DNA of 64,000 bases from Squalus acanthias (taxonomy: Eukaryota): assembly GCA_030390025.1 (NCBI GenBank), contig CM059436.1, positions 57,226,001-57,290,000 on the forward strand, given 5' to 3'. Of this stretch, positions 33,836 through 47,590 are shown piece after piece. Position 1 is the first letter of the stretch; each line of letters opens with the position of its first letter. The notes below the pieces were generated by a model. That model made no database searches, was not told where the DNA came from, and saw only the letters and a list, made by a program, of their open reading frames with translations. The position numbers and the translations under genes are program-made.

Positions 33836-36724
33836 AACAGAATAATTATTGGACCAAATAATAAAGTAGCCTTGACAGAAGACATATCCAAATCAGAACC
33901 AACTGTCCACAGGCCTGGCTCAATCTTCCGGTGATGTATTCACAATATTGTGTAGAACCCAGTAACTACTGTGACAAATGGTGCACCTGGTATCCATTTG
34001 CACTTGAACGATAGAGACACTGTACAGATATTACCAAATACCAGACAAACTGCACAGGATGTGGGCACTTGCCCCAGCAGATTGTTGGAGGGGATACATG
34101 GCTGTATTTTGCGAGCTTGTCAAAACCTGGTGACATATCGTGCTGATGATTTACAGGTCACGTAGCAGGTTACTGGTGTCCATTTGATCAGGTTACTGGG
34201 GCTGGCAATGCTTTCAAATACAAGGTCATTCACGAAAAGCCTAGTTCTTGCCAGACATTGCATCCTGCTGTCATGGAGAAGACCCAACACCCCTGCCCCC
34301 CATGCCTGACTCAGTGTAATTTGGGAGATAGATCAGTTTTGAAGTGAGCTGCCTTTGTCAAGCTCTTTTTAAGGCTGGGTCAGATACGGTTTGCTCATCT
34401 GGTGAATTCAGCCCCTCCCCCGCACCCCCAAAGACAGCTTCCCCCAAACCGAAGGGGAAGATTTCATAAATAAAAACAAAGCAGAAATAAAATATTTCAC
34501 ATATTACAGCATCCTTAGAACCGCAATTTGTCAAATGCTTCTTTTGTAACATATAATGATAGAAAAACAGAAAGTGCTGGTGATATATAGCAGATCCCTC
34601 AGCATTTGTAAAGAGAAAAGGTTGGCTACCATTTTGGGCACAAACCCTATAGACGAAGGGACTGTGTCCAAATGTTAACCAGTCTTTTCTCTTTACTCCA
34701 ACTCTACTTACCAAACTGTGGTACTTTTTGCTATTCAACTGTAAATAATAATATAAAATCAAAGTATATGAAAATAAGCACATAAGGTATAACTGAATTT
34801 CATCTGCACAGCCTGGTTTAATTTTGCCCTGCCCTTTAATCCCACTTCACCTGAAGACTGCTCTTGGTCTTGACTCCCAATGTAATACCATGGGAGATCG
34901 ACTAGTATTATTCTTGTAAACATATCTTTTAGATCCCTTATTTTAAAGGACATACCCGGAAGGAAGTTAAAATTGGTAAAATAATCCGTGAATTCAGAGA
35001 ACATTCATCAACTGCTTAAGCTTTCCTCTTGAATTTATTATGTCATCTGAACCCCTTATCGAGTTAGTGTGTTCCAACTCCCTTACAGGTATGCATTATT
35101 GTGTGTGTGGGATTGGCACTGCCAAGTGGATCTGATGTGAAGTGTTTGCTTTTAATCATACTGCAGAATCAAAACAACATTTTTTTTTAAATCACTGTGT
35201 CAATGTCATCGCAATTATCATTGCACAGTTTATTTAACCGGCTTTTCATTTGAGTTCTGAAGCAGCCAATGAAAACATTAAGAACGAGGACTATTAATCA
35301 GGAGACCAAAGGACCATTCATTAAAGCATGGATTAACCAAATATTGTTTTCAGGTCAATGATATGCAGCCTAGTCTTGTACATCTGCAGAGTAGGCATTG
35401 CTCTCATATCTCAATGCCCAGGCAGTGCAGAAATAGAGTTTGCGCACCTTTTCCAAACCTAAATACCAGGCCCACAGCTGTCAAATGCAAGGTGTGGTTC
35501 ACAACCGTCTTCCCCCTCCCTCCTTTATGGCAATTCAACCGCTGAGAAATCAAAAGAAAATTGACTAACAACATAAATATTTAATAATAAAGGGGAGGGG
35601 TGGGGAATGTTCATTTTCTTTTGGATATAGATTTTTGATTAGGAAACATGGTTTTTTTGGTAAGATTGAAGTATTTTTGGCTATCGAAAGGAATAAAGAT
35701 TTCATAACGTGCACTTTCTGGAGCTGGGTCTTAAATATAGAGCATGACAGATATTGGACCAGAACACAATGGATGCTTCCATTTCACTTTGTTAGTGATT
35801 TTCCAATACATGACTCTTTCCCCTTCCATGTTTTTGCTGCAGAAAGCCCTAAGTAATAGCTTGTGGTATTATTTATCGAATGTATAGCAAGACTAGAAAC
35901 AGACGTATGAAACCCAGAGAAAGGATTGTACAGGAATATAAAACGGCAGATGGATGGCTTGCAAGCCTTTACTGCTGGACATAGGAAATGCTCAAACAAA
36001 TGGGTAGCTTTGTAGTTTTATTTCAACTTCCTTTTTGTGGTTTGTTTTGTTCGCTCCTCCACAGAAAAATCCTTAGCAGGGCACAGAAAAGAAGACGGTT
36101 ACATCGGTACTGCCACACCTATGGTTTTAAATGAGGCACCCGGTCCCTGTGCTGGTACAATTGCTGATTCTGAACAGTGCCCTGCAGTGACCGTAGAGCA
36201 GGGATTATTAGCATATGGACCCTTGAGCAAACTCTGGTGAAGAGAAAACACCAATCACCACACCACAAAAGTTACACAACTTTCAGAAAGGCCAGATCTG
36301 GAGCTTTGTGGCTCGGCAGCATTTCTAACCTCAGCAACACCACCACAACTGCACTCTGCAATTCCTCAATCAGTCCCAACAAACCACCAGCATCCTACAG
36401 TTGTGGCTGCTTTGACTTGAGATGGACTTTTCTAAAAATTACAGTGTGGTGCCAGATGTCATAAACAGTAGCTCTGCTACAGCACTTAATGTTATTTTCA
36501 AACACGGCTCTTTTGTTTAATCTTCTTAGAAAATAAATTTCATTTCAAAAATAAACTTAATTTTGCTTTTTTACTTCAGAAGTGAAACAAAGCTATCCAG
36601 GGGACTGAACCCAGAGGTGCACAAGATGCCCTCTCTCCCAAATCAGCATATGGATAAAATAGCTGTGGTCATATGCAAATCTAAGTAGATAACAAAATGG
36701 GCTTTGCACAACAGAAGAGAAACC

Positions 36725-36915
36725 CCAGGTATAGGAACAGGAGTAGGCTATTCAGACCCCTTGAGCCTATTCCACCATTCAATTAGATCATGGTCAATCT
36801 ATACCTCAACCCCATTTACCCGCTTTGGTTCCATACCCCTTATTAACCTTGCCCAACAAAAATCTATCAATCTCAGCTTTGAAATAACAGCTTTTTGGGG
36901 GAAGAGAGTTCCAGA
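36725..36915 (-). mobile_element. CR1 LINE 3' end fragment
   Basis: ATAGGAACAGGAGTAGGCTATTCAGACCCTTGAGCCTATTCCACCATTCAATTAGATCATGG is the reverse complement of the CR1/V-SINE tail. Confidence 0.8.
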
Positions 36916-39900
36916 TGTAGGTCCTTCCCTATCCAGCTCCCCCTCACAGACATGCTAGAGATGGCGGGCTAGGGGTAAATAATGACTCAATGCCATTCCT
37001 ATTCAAATGAGATAAACTCCTCATTCTTTTCCCTCCTACCCTCCCCCCACCCCATGCAATTACCTCCAACAACAATGGTTCCTTTAACAACAAACAGCTG
37101 GAGTGCCAGTAATCTGTAATGTCTTCTAAATATTGACAGCCTTCTTACCATGTGCCTGGAAAGTACTTTGTGAACAAAATGTAATGATTCAATGACACAT
37201 GTAAATCTCATAAAGCTCAATAAAATTCTTAAACAAAATAAAGTGAACAGTTCAGACCAGCTTTGCACTCGATCTAATCCCTAAAGCCATCCCGAAATAG
37301 TTTACATTGAGGTGACTAAATATACCCATTTTGGGTGCGGTCAGTTAACCTTCCCACAGGTATGAAGATCACTACTGTATTTAATATATTACATTTTTAT
37401 AATATATATGTCACAGAAGACAAATTAAACTAATTAAACATCAGTTTTTGATGTTAATAAGTGGTGGAGGAATGACTGTGCCAGTGGTGGAATGGTGGTG
37501 GGGAATGGTTAGGTTTTAGTTAAGAAAGGGTGATTTGTATGGCACAATGGAATGTTTAAGATGTTGTAAGTGTTTTTAATATTGAATAAATCCAATTTTT
37601 AAAAATTACATTTTTAAAAACACCCGATTTATTTTTCAATGGCTTTCAAGAGAAAGAAGTGAAATAATAAGGAAATGAAAAGAAAACAGGGGCAGAAAAA
37701 GAGAGAAGCTTCCAGTAAGTGTTATTGTGCTTCGAGTATATTCCATTCACAAGTCTATATTTTCCAATGGAAAGTGACAAGCAATTAGTTTTAATGAGAG
37801 AGGTGTGGAAGACAGTAGCTTGAATTAAATATTCCCATTCGTCACATACAGCATAGGTCAGCAGTTCCACCAGCAACACGAGAGGCCAGCCACAGCCGAG
37901 GATTTGTTGGGACTTGCAGGTACTGTTGAGGCAGCCCAAATGCAGCTGTCTGACCCAGAATCACTCAGCAGCTACAGTAACAGGGTGGGCCGAGATCAGG
38001 CTGGACAAACATTTCAACCAAATTAATTCATGCGCGCTCCCTGCCCTTCTGATACTTGCAGTCCCCACCTTTTTTTTTCAATCTTTCAATCAGTGCTGCA
38101 TACAGGTGCTTGTTATTCTGCACTGCAGTGATGAGTGTTGGTAATGCAAACACGCAGGTGATACAGGCAGTGGGTGTAGATGGACTCAGCACAGCCAATG
38201 GGCAACATATACACATCAACAGCTTTATTCTCCACAACATTCCACCCTCATAGTAAGGCTTCTGTTTTGTATTTTTATTTCTAAACTCTACATGTTGCCT
38301 CAATTTTTCTCCTTTAAGTAGAACTTTCATTACAAATTTAGTTGCTGCATTTCAATGCAAACTTTAATTGAGGGCACACAAAGGTAACACAGGAGCTAGT
38401 AAAAGCTGAAATACAGGTTAATGTTATTCAGGAAGCAGCTTCAGACCTAAATATAGACTTGTTCAGGTACAGTGCTTTAAACCTTCAGAAATCATTACTA
38501 AATATCCTCTTCTAGGCCTTTAAATAATGCAGGGCGAATATTAACATACAAACGCTTTAACATATTCACGTGAATCTCCTTTGCTCTCTTATTTAAAGGA
38601 GGATTTAATTATTCAAAAATAAATAGGTTAATGTCTCCACTAAAATAGCAAAAATAGGAATTTTGTACGAAGCATGAAGCACAGCGTGGGTTCAAGGCCT
38701 TAACCTTATGCTTCTCCATCAAGGAGAAGCTGAAGTTTGATGCTGCATGGAGTGGCTTTGCATGTTAGACACCTGCCTTGTGCTTCGCGGAACTCCTAAC
38801 AGGGACACAGTATTTCATTGATGACTTAAAATCATTATTAGAAAAAAACCTCCACAAACCACTTAGTTGACAGTTAGAACTTGAAATTTATAAATAGATA
38901 CACGGAGGTAAATATCTCCATTAACTATTCCATACATGAAAATAAAGGAAGCGATTCGAACATGAACGAAAGACACATGGGGAAATTATAAATTAATAGA
39001 AGATTAAAAGTCACTTAAGTCAGAGTTCTTAGAATAATCCTCTCCTTTGCGTAATGAACTATATTCTCAAGAAAAATATTCATGTCCTGGGATCGAACAC
39101 TCAGAGTTGCCATGGAATCCAGATACATTCTGCCCAAGAATGTATATTCCACCCAAGTCCTAGTCTGTTGAGAGCATCGTCTAACATCATAACAACAGCA
39201 CTCCTGATTGGTCAGGAATGCAGATGCAAGGCATTCTTTGAATGAATGGACGATTCTGATCTCGGATACCTGCAATTCAAAATAAGGAATGGAATGGAGA
39301 AGATGACGACCAATTCCTACTTAAACATTTGTAAATTCAAAAGAACAAAACATTTATAGTAATAACCATTGGTAGGCAAAATGTTTACCACATGTCTTTA
39401 AAAGAAAGACACTAAAATCCACAATAGGTAACTTGGTGGTTCAACTGGTAGAGCATTAGACACAAGCCAAAAAGAGCTGAATTGCAGCCTGAGCGACATT
39501 GGCTTCATGTAGTGAGTTAGGTCAGTTCTTGCCTGGGCTGTTAAATTGAGCAGTTTGCTTCCTCTGGGGATGGTGTTGGGGGAGGGGGGAAATGGGAGAA
39601 CAGAGGAAATAGGATTAAAGTAGCATGGGTAGTCCTATATCACAGAACCACACCTGGCACAGGGCAAGAGAAAGCAACGAAACCATTACACCACTCAAGG
39701 TCACACTGTCAAAAAGGAATGAAAGTGTGGCCTGAGGTAAACATATCAGTGTTGTAGCCGTATTATTGGGAATAAAACAGGACTTTTTTTTTTACTGTGA
39801 TCTTAACCAATCTGATAAGGTTCTGACTGTATATGGAGAGTTGCTTTCACAAGTTCTGAGTGCCGTAGATATTTATGAGTTAGAACCCTTCACAGGAGTG

Positions 39901-40301
39901 AACGGTCAGGATGCAGTGAACGGAGCAATGATCTATTTATTCCACTGTTTTTCTTTGAACTTTCTGAAGCACATCATGCAACACAAGCCATTATTCCGCA
40001 CTTTCTTTCCCCCAAATCCTCACTGCAGTTAATGTTGCTCTGCTGTGGAATCGCCATTGACAGAATAAAGTCCCCATACCTTATTCAATAATTTGATAAA
40101 GGGCACTTTTCCTAATCAACAGAAAAGGCTGTGTTGCTGCCATTCTTAAATGAATCTTGTCAGAAAAGAGGCTTAAAGAACTGTTTCGTTGTCTTCCCTG
40201 GCACAATTCCTGCTAGTCCAACCATGAAGCCACTGAGAATGCAAGGGACTGGATAGTTTTATTATTAATGTGGTTATTTATGTGAATAGCTTTAACTGTA
40301 C

Positions 40302-40321
40302 TGAGAGAGAGAGATAGCACA

Positions 40322-40408
<87 letters not shown>

Positions 40409-40411
40409 GAG
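40302..40411. repeat. (GA)n microsatellite with GACA interruptions
   Basis: Directly visible. Confidence 0.95.
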
Positions 40412-42302
40412 GGGCTTGGAACTTTTTTAAAAATGCGCAATGATCTCACCTTGCTGAGAATTAGTCTTTGGCTAAGTTGGGTTTTCCCTACTGCGGCCTA
40501 GCAGGACTTGGAATGGTTTGTTTGTCTCAGGTGGACAAATGCTTTGTACAGAAGTAAGGGAGACATAATAAAGACAGATAAGCCTGAGATATGAGTGGCC
40601 ACATACAAGACAGGATGGAAGGGGGGGGGGGGGGGGGGGGGGAAACTGACTGATTCGCCCTAATGAGCACAGTTCTGCTAAACTGGTTGCCCTGTTTCTG
40701 CAACAACCACCATTTAAAGCAGTTCTGCTTCCACATTTCAAACACCTGCATAAACCCCAATAGACAAGTCTCTATGGCGAGATTGCTCACACACGCACAA
40801 ATTTGTTGTCAAGGAGCACAGAAAGATGTCACTGGCAAGTATGTTTTGCCCCTCAGAAACAAAAAGAAAATCCAAACCAAGCAGAAACAGTGTTTTAACA
40901 CCATAATGCTCGAACCTCAGGTTTATATATAGAGTTCATAAATACCTTCCCTGCATTTCAGCATCTCCAGCGGGGTTACAAACACCCACTCCTCCCCAGG
41001 GAATTATTCTCGTCACCCATGCTTTAAATCTATTCTCAAAAGAAAAGAACACTACCTATCCTCCCCTCCTCCCCCCTCAAAAAAAGTCTGCGCCTAAGAG
41101 GGCATTTGGAATGTGAGTATTGGCAGGAGCTCTCTTTTAATATTGCACTCACTCTTAAAAGCTACAGTCCCATTGTGGAGGGGCTTTCAAGTCCAAGCTG
41201 CTCCACTTCCCATTAAAATAGGAAGTGGAACCACACAGGTTTCAGCATGTTGGTGGGGTGGTGATGTCATCTGCACATCTAAATCACCATACGGGGTGTC
41301 AGGACAATGGCAGTCACTGCCTCCAGTTAACTAAGCAAACATTATTTACGAATCCTAAAATAGAGCACAAACAGGTCCATACTGGCATGTGAAGCAGGCA
41401 GACTTTTGTTTTAAAACAGCAAATTAACTTAAAAAGCAGGGGAGGGGGATAATTTGTACTCACTTTTCCAACTTGTGCACAGGCTTTCTAAAGCACCCTC
41501 CCGTCTGAAAGGATTTGACATTCTAAGTATAGCAAGAAACGTCAATAAGAGACACAAAAATCCGTCAGAAAGAACAAAAGCACTATAATAACAGAAAACA
41601 AACTGAAACAAACTCTAGCACATATGAATATGCTCCGTGTAGGTTTAAATGATCCAATTAATGAGTATAAGCATGTTTTGACCTGCTCTCCACGCAGTGA
41701 TGTCCCATAACACATTTTATTTAAAGAGAAAACAAAGATTTTCACAATGACTTGTTTGGAATTCTGGCAGAACAGTTATAGTATAAATGTACTGAAATCA
41801 GTCAGTCTTATGTAATAAACAGCATCCTCCAAAGTTCTATCAAAACTGTGGCTGGAAATGTTCACATTAGTCAGCTTGAATCAACAAAACTGTAGTCAAG
41901 GAGAACGAAAGGAGGTCACTAATTTGCTGCAATTGTTATTATGGTGGCATGCTCCATAACTAATTCTTCATATTCACAAACTATTCTTTGCTCTATTAGA
42001 AATACTGTATTGGTAGCGTCCCAAAGTGACCCAAATAACCCCACATCCATAATGGTTAGAATAAGTGATGTGTTATCACTCAGATCTGATTAGAAACTGC
42101 CATCTTCACTGCCTGTGGGACTTTTTACGCAAAATTGGAGTAGTAAGGCAACAAACTATGCAACGCACAGCGAGTTTTTTAAAAATTGCTGGATTTGTCA
42201 CATTGCATTAAAAACACTTGGCCTAATGAGGAATAGATTTTTCACTACAGCTAACACAAACTACAAATCCATTAGATATCGTCAGTGGAGAGGAGACACA
42301 TT

Positions 42303-43024
42303 GGCCCGGATTTTCCGGGGCCTATGACCGTGTACGTGGTGTGTACGCAGCCATAGGTGTCCTTCAAGTTCCGGGATTCTGCATGTACGAAAACCCGGAA
42401 CTTGCGATCTGTCAAGTTTCAGCTTGCGGAACTGCGGGCTATTTGCCCAACTACTGCCCAGCGAATGCCCATGAAACTCTTACGCCTGGTAAAAGCAGGC
42501 ATAGGGCCTTCATTTACCAGTGTAAGAATTTAAATAAATACTAAAATATTTTTTTTTTAATTAATTATTTAAACATTAAAAACTTTAAAATTAGTTATAG
42601 GTTATTTTTAGCCCCTTTAAAACGTTTAAATTTATTTTTCAAAAAATTAAATTTTTGTTTTAAATGTTTAATTTAATTGTATTTGAATTAATTTTGAACG
42701 TCATGATTTATTTTTATTTTTAACTGGTGTGTAATTGTGTTTTTTTAGGTGATTTCTATTCTGCTCATGGGGATTCCGTACGTAAATGGAATCCCCATAA
42801 GCATGAATGGGAATCCCCTTAATCATTGGTTGGCCTGACCCACGTGGTCCCAGGGGCGCTTGTGAACTGCAGGCGCCCCTGGCATACGTGGGCCTTTACG
42901 CAGGCGTACGCGTAGCGGCTCAGGAGCGCGAAGCTACGAACCTCCCGGATCAGGTAGGTTCGTACTTTTCTTGCGGTTCGGAGGCATTCGCCCACGGGAA
43001 GCCTCTGACCACAAATGCAGGCCC
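42303..43024. mobile_element. Harbinger-like MITE family B, copy 1
   Basis: Imperfect TIRs GGCCCGGATTTT / AAATGCAGGCCC, 3-bp ATT on both sides, GC-rich ends with an AT-rich core. Collinear with 49631-50372. Confidence 0.8.
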
Positions 43025-43529
43025 ATTAATTTGATACACTGACCCATGCACATATTTTTATTTTTAGACCTCTGGGGATCGTGAGCCTTTTTATTTTTCA
43101 ACCACCCCTTCTGAAAACTGAAAAGGCAATTCAACCCACATCCCTCAGGAAGGAGGCGGAATTTTGAACCCTAGCCACTCAAGTCAAAACCTGTGCTTCT
43201 GCTCCCATTCTCCCTCACCATTATTACCCCTCCCTTTCCCTTTCTGCACTATGATGACCACTTCTGCAGTATTTCCAGGAATTGCAGGCAAGAGGATGCT
43301 CACTTGCATTGACAACACTATAGGGACAAATCTTCCTTTAATTGCGCTTGTGAGTAGAGGATTACCATGGCGCAGCCTAAAGAGGAAAATCAGACAGGCT
43401 CCGTTACAGGCGTGCAATCCTCCCCACCCAATTTTCCCCTCGGTGCCCTGCAGCCAGGCAATCCTTTAGCCCCCAAGCACAAGAGGAGAAAAAGCTGCCC
43501 CAACGCTCTTACCGAGAAAAATTCAAAAT

Positions 43530-43932
43530 ACTTTCCAGTCATGGGTCAGTGGGTAAAATACATTATCCAATAGGGTACCGTGCCACTCAACAAAGGAAAG
43601 TCCTAGTATGTGTTGAGTTAGCTCATCTCCATCAGAGAGGCAGTATCAGTCACTGTAATGGCCATATCACCTGTGAGCTAGGGAGGGGAGAAACATAATG
43701 GGGTAGAGTTCCCACTCCTGGTTGCTATCCAGTGACCTCTGCTTGAAAACATATGTTTACATGGGCAACAGAATTGGATTCGGCTGTGGTACCCCATAAA
43801 GATCATATAGCCTGCCAACACTCACCATCTAGGCTTCTACATGAGGAACGGGCACTTGAGCGAGGCACCTAAGGGCTTCATGACTCACTCCCAGTATGAG
43901 TGTCTGCCGTCAGGGGAGAAAACTGGGAAGAA
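43530..43932 (+). mobile_element. SINE family 'C' copy
   Basis: ATGGGTCAGTGGGTAAA head; GCTAGGGAGGGGAGAA; GCTATCCAGTGACCTCTGC; TAGCCTGCCAACACTCACCATCTAGGC. Confidence 0.65.
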
Positions 43933-46144
43933 GAAAAAATGTTTTGAATCAAGCCTAACTAACCGCAAGTTCTCACCTTTCCCTTCAGAGTGGTCACGTT
44001 TTTGTATTGAAAGAAAACGGCAGGCAAAGTTAAAATAATGTTTAGATCTGAACTTTACTCAGCTCTTGAGTGAAGCAGGTGCCTCTGGCAATATTGTTCT
44101 TGGTAACACAGGCAGACGTTTCAGGAGGTTTGGATTAAAACTCTCCCATGGTGCTGAGCACACTGGTGACATTGTAGCGCTAGCCAGACAAGCAGGTTTT
44201 CTGGTTTATCTGCTGCCAGAAAACATTTTACAGTAGCTCCTCAGTACAGCTGTCTGCTCTATACCATGACATACAACAGAACACACACCATTTATGGCTT
44301 CTTCACTAATACAGAAACCAGATAAAATACCCATAACTATAGTAGGGTTTGGGTAAAATTCCCATCACAGCCTTATATGGTCACTATATGTTATGTACAC
44401 AAACTTTATACAAGATAATACAAAAGCAACATGCAGATTTGAATGAGAAGAGGCCATTCAGTCCATTCAGCTGCCCTTGGAGGAATGCCTTGGCACCAAG
44501 CCCACACCCCTGACCCCCTGTTGAATTAGTAGTTAGTGTTCAGTGTGCTAGGACATACTTCATAAATGATCATGTATGAAGTTGCCCCTCAAGTTTAAGG
44601 CTTCTGGTTTCTTGAGATTATATATGTTCACTGGTTCTCTTTTCCTGGTTATGCACAAAGTATCTTTTCACATCCACACGTCAACTCCTTTCTTAATTTA
44701 AAACATTTATATTTCTCTTTCCTCCCAAAAGAAATCATTTAGCGAATAAGAACTGGTAGACTTCAATTGTTGTTCCTCACAACTCTGCGACTAAAGACGT
44801 TGGAGCCTTTTTACAGGTCCTTTGAATCTTCCCATTGCTATCATGTCACCGATAGAATAATGGGCAACTTCACTAACCTCAACCCTCAACACCGTTGACA
44901 TGCCCCCTCACTACTACAACAATTAAACAATGGAACCGGTTTCTCAATTTTCCCTTGCTGGAGTTTGAAGACACAGGAGAGCCAAGTAGTTGATACTGGT
45001 AGGTTATATTTCTGTTCCTAGATTAAAATAAGTTAAGATAAAAACAGACCACAATAAACTTGTGTCCAGATAAAAGCAAGAGCCAGCAAGTGAAAAAGAA
45101 ACAAAACGTTAACACATTGGAGATTTGATTTTAGAACAACTTTCTCTATTAGTATGCTGAGCATCCTATCTGCTACATGGGATGGACAAGAGATTCCCAC
45201 TACACAGTGCAAGGTGCTGGACAACCATTCGAGTACACCCTTCAATCAATTACACATCAGAAAGACGGAAGACAACAACAATATTCGGAGCATTTCCTTC
45301 CTGTAGCACAATACAAAAGAAAACAAGGAAAGAAATTTCACCCAACAGTGTTTCATTCCCTTGCTACACAGGTGGCCAAACCACATTCATAAAAAGTGAC
45401 TTCTTCACATTTGTCACTGGAAACTGAATTGAAAATGCTTTCCAGCCAACCATCGACATTGATAAAAAAGCACTTGGTACAAGAGTATGAAAATACTGTT
45501 AACATACAAAGAAATGGAGGAGTCACACAGCACTACAAGCCAGAGGAATACTGAGCAACAGGAAAAGACACACAAGGTTCCATTACAGTGGTAAGATACC
45601 TTCTATACAGTGGCAAGACTGAAAGGCCCAGCACTGCAGTCAGTAACTACCTTGAAGAAAACATTTAACACAAACACAATGTGCTCTTGTTGCTGAGAGA
45701 AACATCTGCAAGACAGAGTAAAATGGCATGCCCCCACAAGTTAAAGAAAAATAAGATGTAATTATTTCAAGAAAAATTAAAGTCCCCTATAGAGCAAACT
45801 AAGGTTATGAAAAATGAAACATAACCAATGGCACATCACTGCACCATCACACAATTTGATAGTTACTACATAATTTTACTTTATTAACCAATTGGTGAGT
45901 CGAGCTTCCACTACTGACCACACTGAGCTTTTCAATCTAGGGCTAGGTGCACCTGGCTCAGGTTAGGCAGAGATGTCTTTCAATCCTTGTGAAATGGGCC
46001 TTTTCCCTTCAATGCCCACAACAATACCACCAGATACAGAATCATGAAAATGCTTTGCGGACATCCAATAGTCAGCTTTGTAAACCTCTGCTCCTATTCA
46101 AATACAAGTATCTTCCCCCCACAACAGGTTTTCCTATCGGGGGC

Positions 46145-46175
<31 letters not shown>

Positions 46176-47282
46176 AAGGGGGACATCCTCTTCATCTACT
46201 CCGAACGTACAATAACCAAACCAACCTCACGACGATTATTAAAAAAAGTTAATTCATGCCAATTTAACAGCAATATGTCCATATTACAATGCAATGCAAT
46301 AAAAGCATCTCCCTGTTTTACACTGGGTATAAAATTATACCTGAAGTCTTCACACTTCGATACATTTCCAGGGAAATCCTTTCATTTCATGGCACTGTAA
46401 TAAGGACATAGTTTTATTTCCACTATTGATTCTCATCATGATTTTGTCTCATCACTGCTGCCAGATTATTTTAGTTAAAATGATTCCAAAAAAAATGTCC
46501 AAATTACAAAACAAAAACAAATCAACCCCCTAGTCCTCCCCTCTTGCTCAACAGGAGGCATCATCAACAGGTGTTGAGATGGGTACACATGAGCTACTTA
46601 TTCTTCAGTTCATTAAACTTCTGATTCAAGATGTGATCATGGCTACATTGCAGCAATACTAAGAGAGCCAGTGGTATAGTGTTTCAGGTTTACAGCTAAA
46701 CTTGCCAGTGTAATCAGTGCCCCATCATGATCTGGAATTCCTGGATGATTGAAAACGTACCTGTCTTTCCAAGAGTAATTCCAGGTGAAGGTTTACAGAA
46801 CACAGGTTCCAGGTTCACCCTGTGATGCTTCGAGTGCTGCAGAAACTTGGAATTTGCTCTGTGTTGACTTTGGGGTCTGCGATTCCCGTCCCATTTACTC
46901 CAAGGAAAATCATGAGATGGGGAGTAATTGAGGCTCATCAGTTGCACGTCCTCACTCATTCACACTTTATAATAATGAACCATCAGCACTGGGCCGCAGT
47001 ACACGGATGAGTAGACCGTTTTATACAAAGACTGCATTGCTATTGATATTGGCACTGGCCATATGATTCTCAAATCTATGTAATGCAAGAGAAAAAAGGA
47101 AATGACAGCATACATTCCGGCATCTAAAACATCTGCTTATATTTTCTACCACCACCACCACCCCGCCCCCCAACCCCACCCCCAAGAACATGTGTGTAAA
47201 TTCAACACAATGGGCATTCTATAATAACTTGAGCGTTCAAGAGTCATTGAGGCGACTCTTAAAAAAAGAAACAAATGTATGA

Positions 47283-47590
47283 TGCGTTGGCGCCTCAATG
47301 GGTAGATGGACCACCCAGTGTAACACTAAGACATAACATCAGGAAGGTTTCAGCCCTGATCCTTGGTCTGTGGCGGGTTAACTGAAGACGTTCAAGGCAA
47401 CAGTGTAAATTTCTGCAATTGGCCTCAATGTTTCGGAGTTGCAATGCTCCTGTAGTGGAACAGTCTGCTGACACGCCACGCACTGCCTCGGCTCACACAT
47501 TGACAGCTACCACTTGGGTGAGAGACTGAAGGACTGACAGCTCCTGTGCACTAGTCAGCACCTTCAGGTGAGGGGAAAGGGGAAGAAAAT
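47283..47590 (+). mobile_element. SINE family 'C' copy (internally deleted)
   Basis: TGGCGCCTCAATGGGTAGA head; CAATTGGCCTCAATG; GGCTCACACATTGA; AGTCAGCACCTTCAGG. Confidence 0.55.

Noticed and set aside
34358-34783. 141-aa minus-strand ORF (also 22861-23262 and 9306-9755)
   Set aside because: No recognisable domain or splice context, non-ATG starts, and partial overlap with SINE sequence in two cases, so likely chance ORFs.
40213-40449. SLSLSL ORF
   Set aside because: This is a translation of the (CT)n microsatellite.
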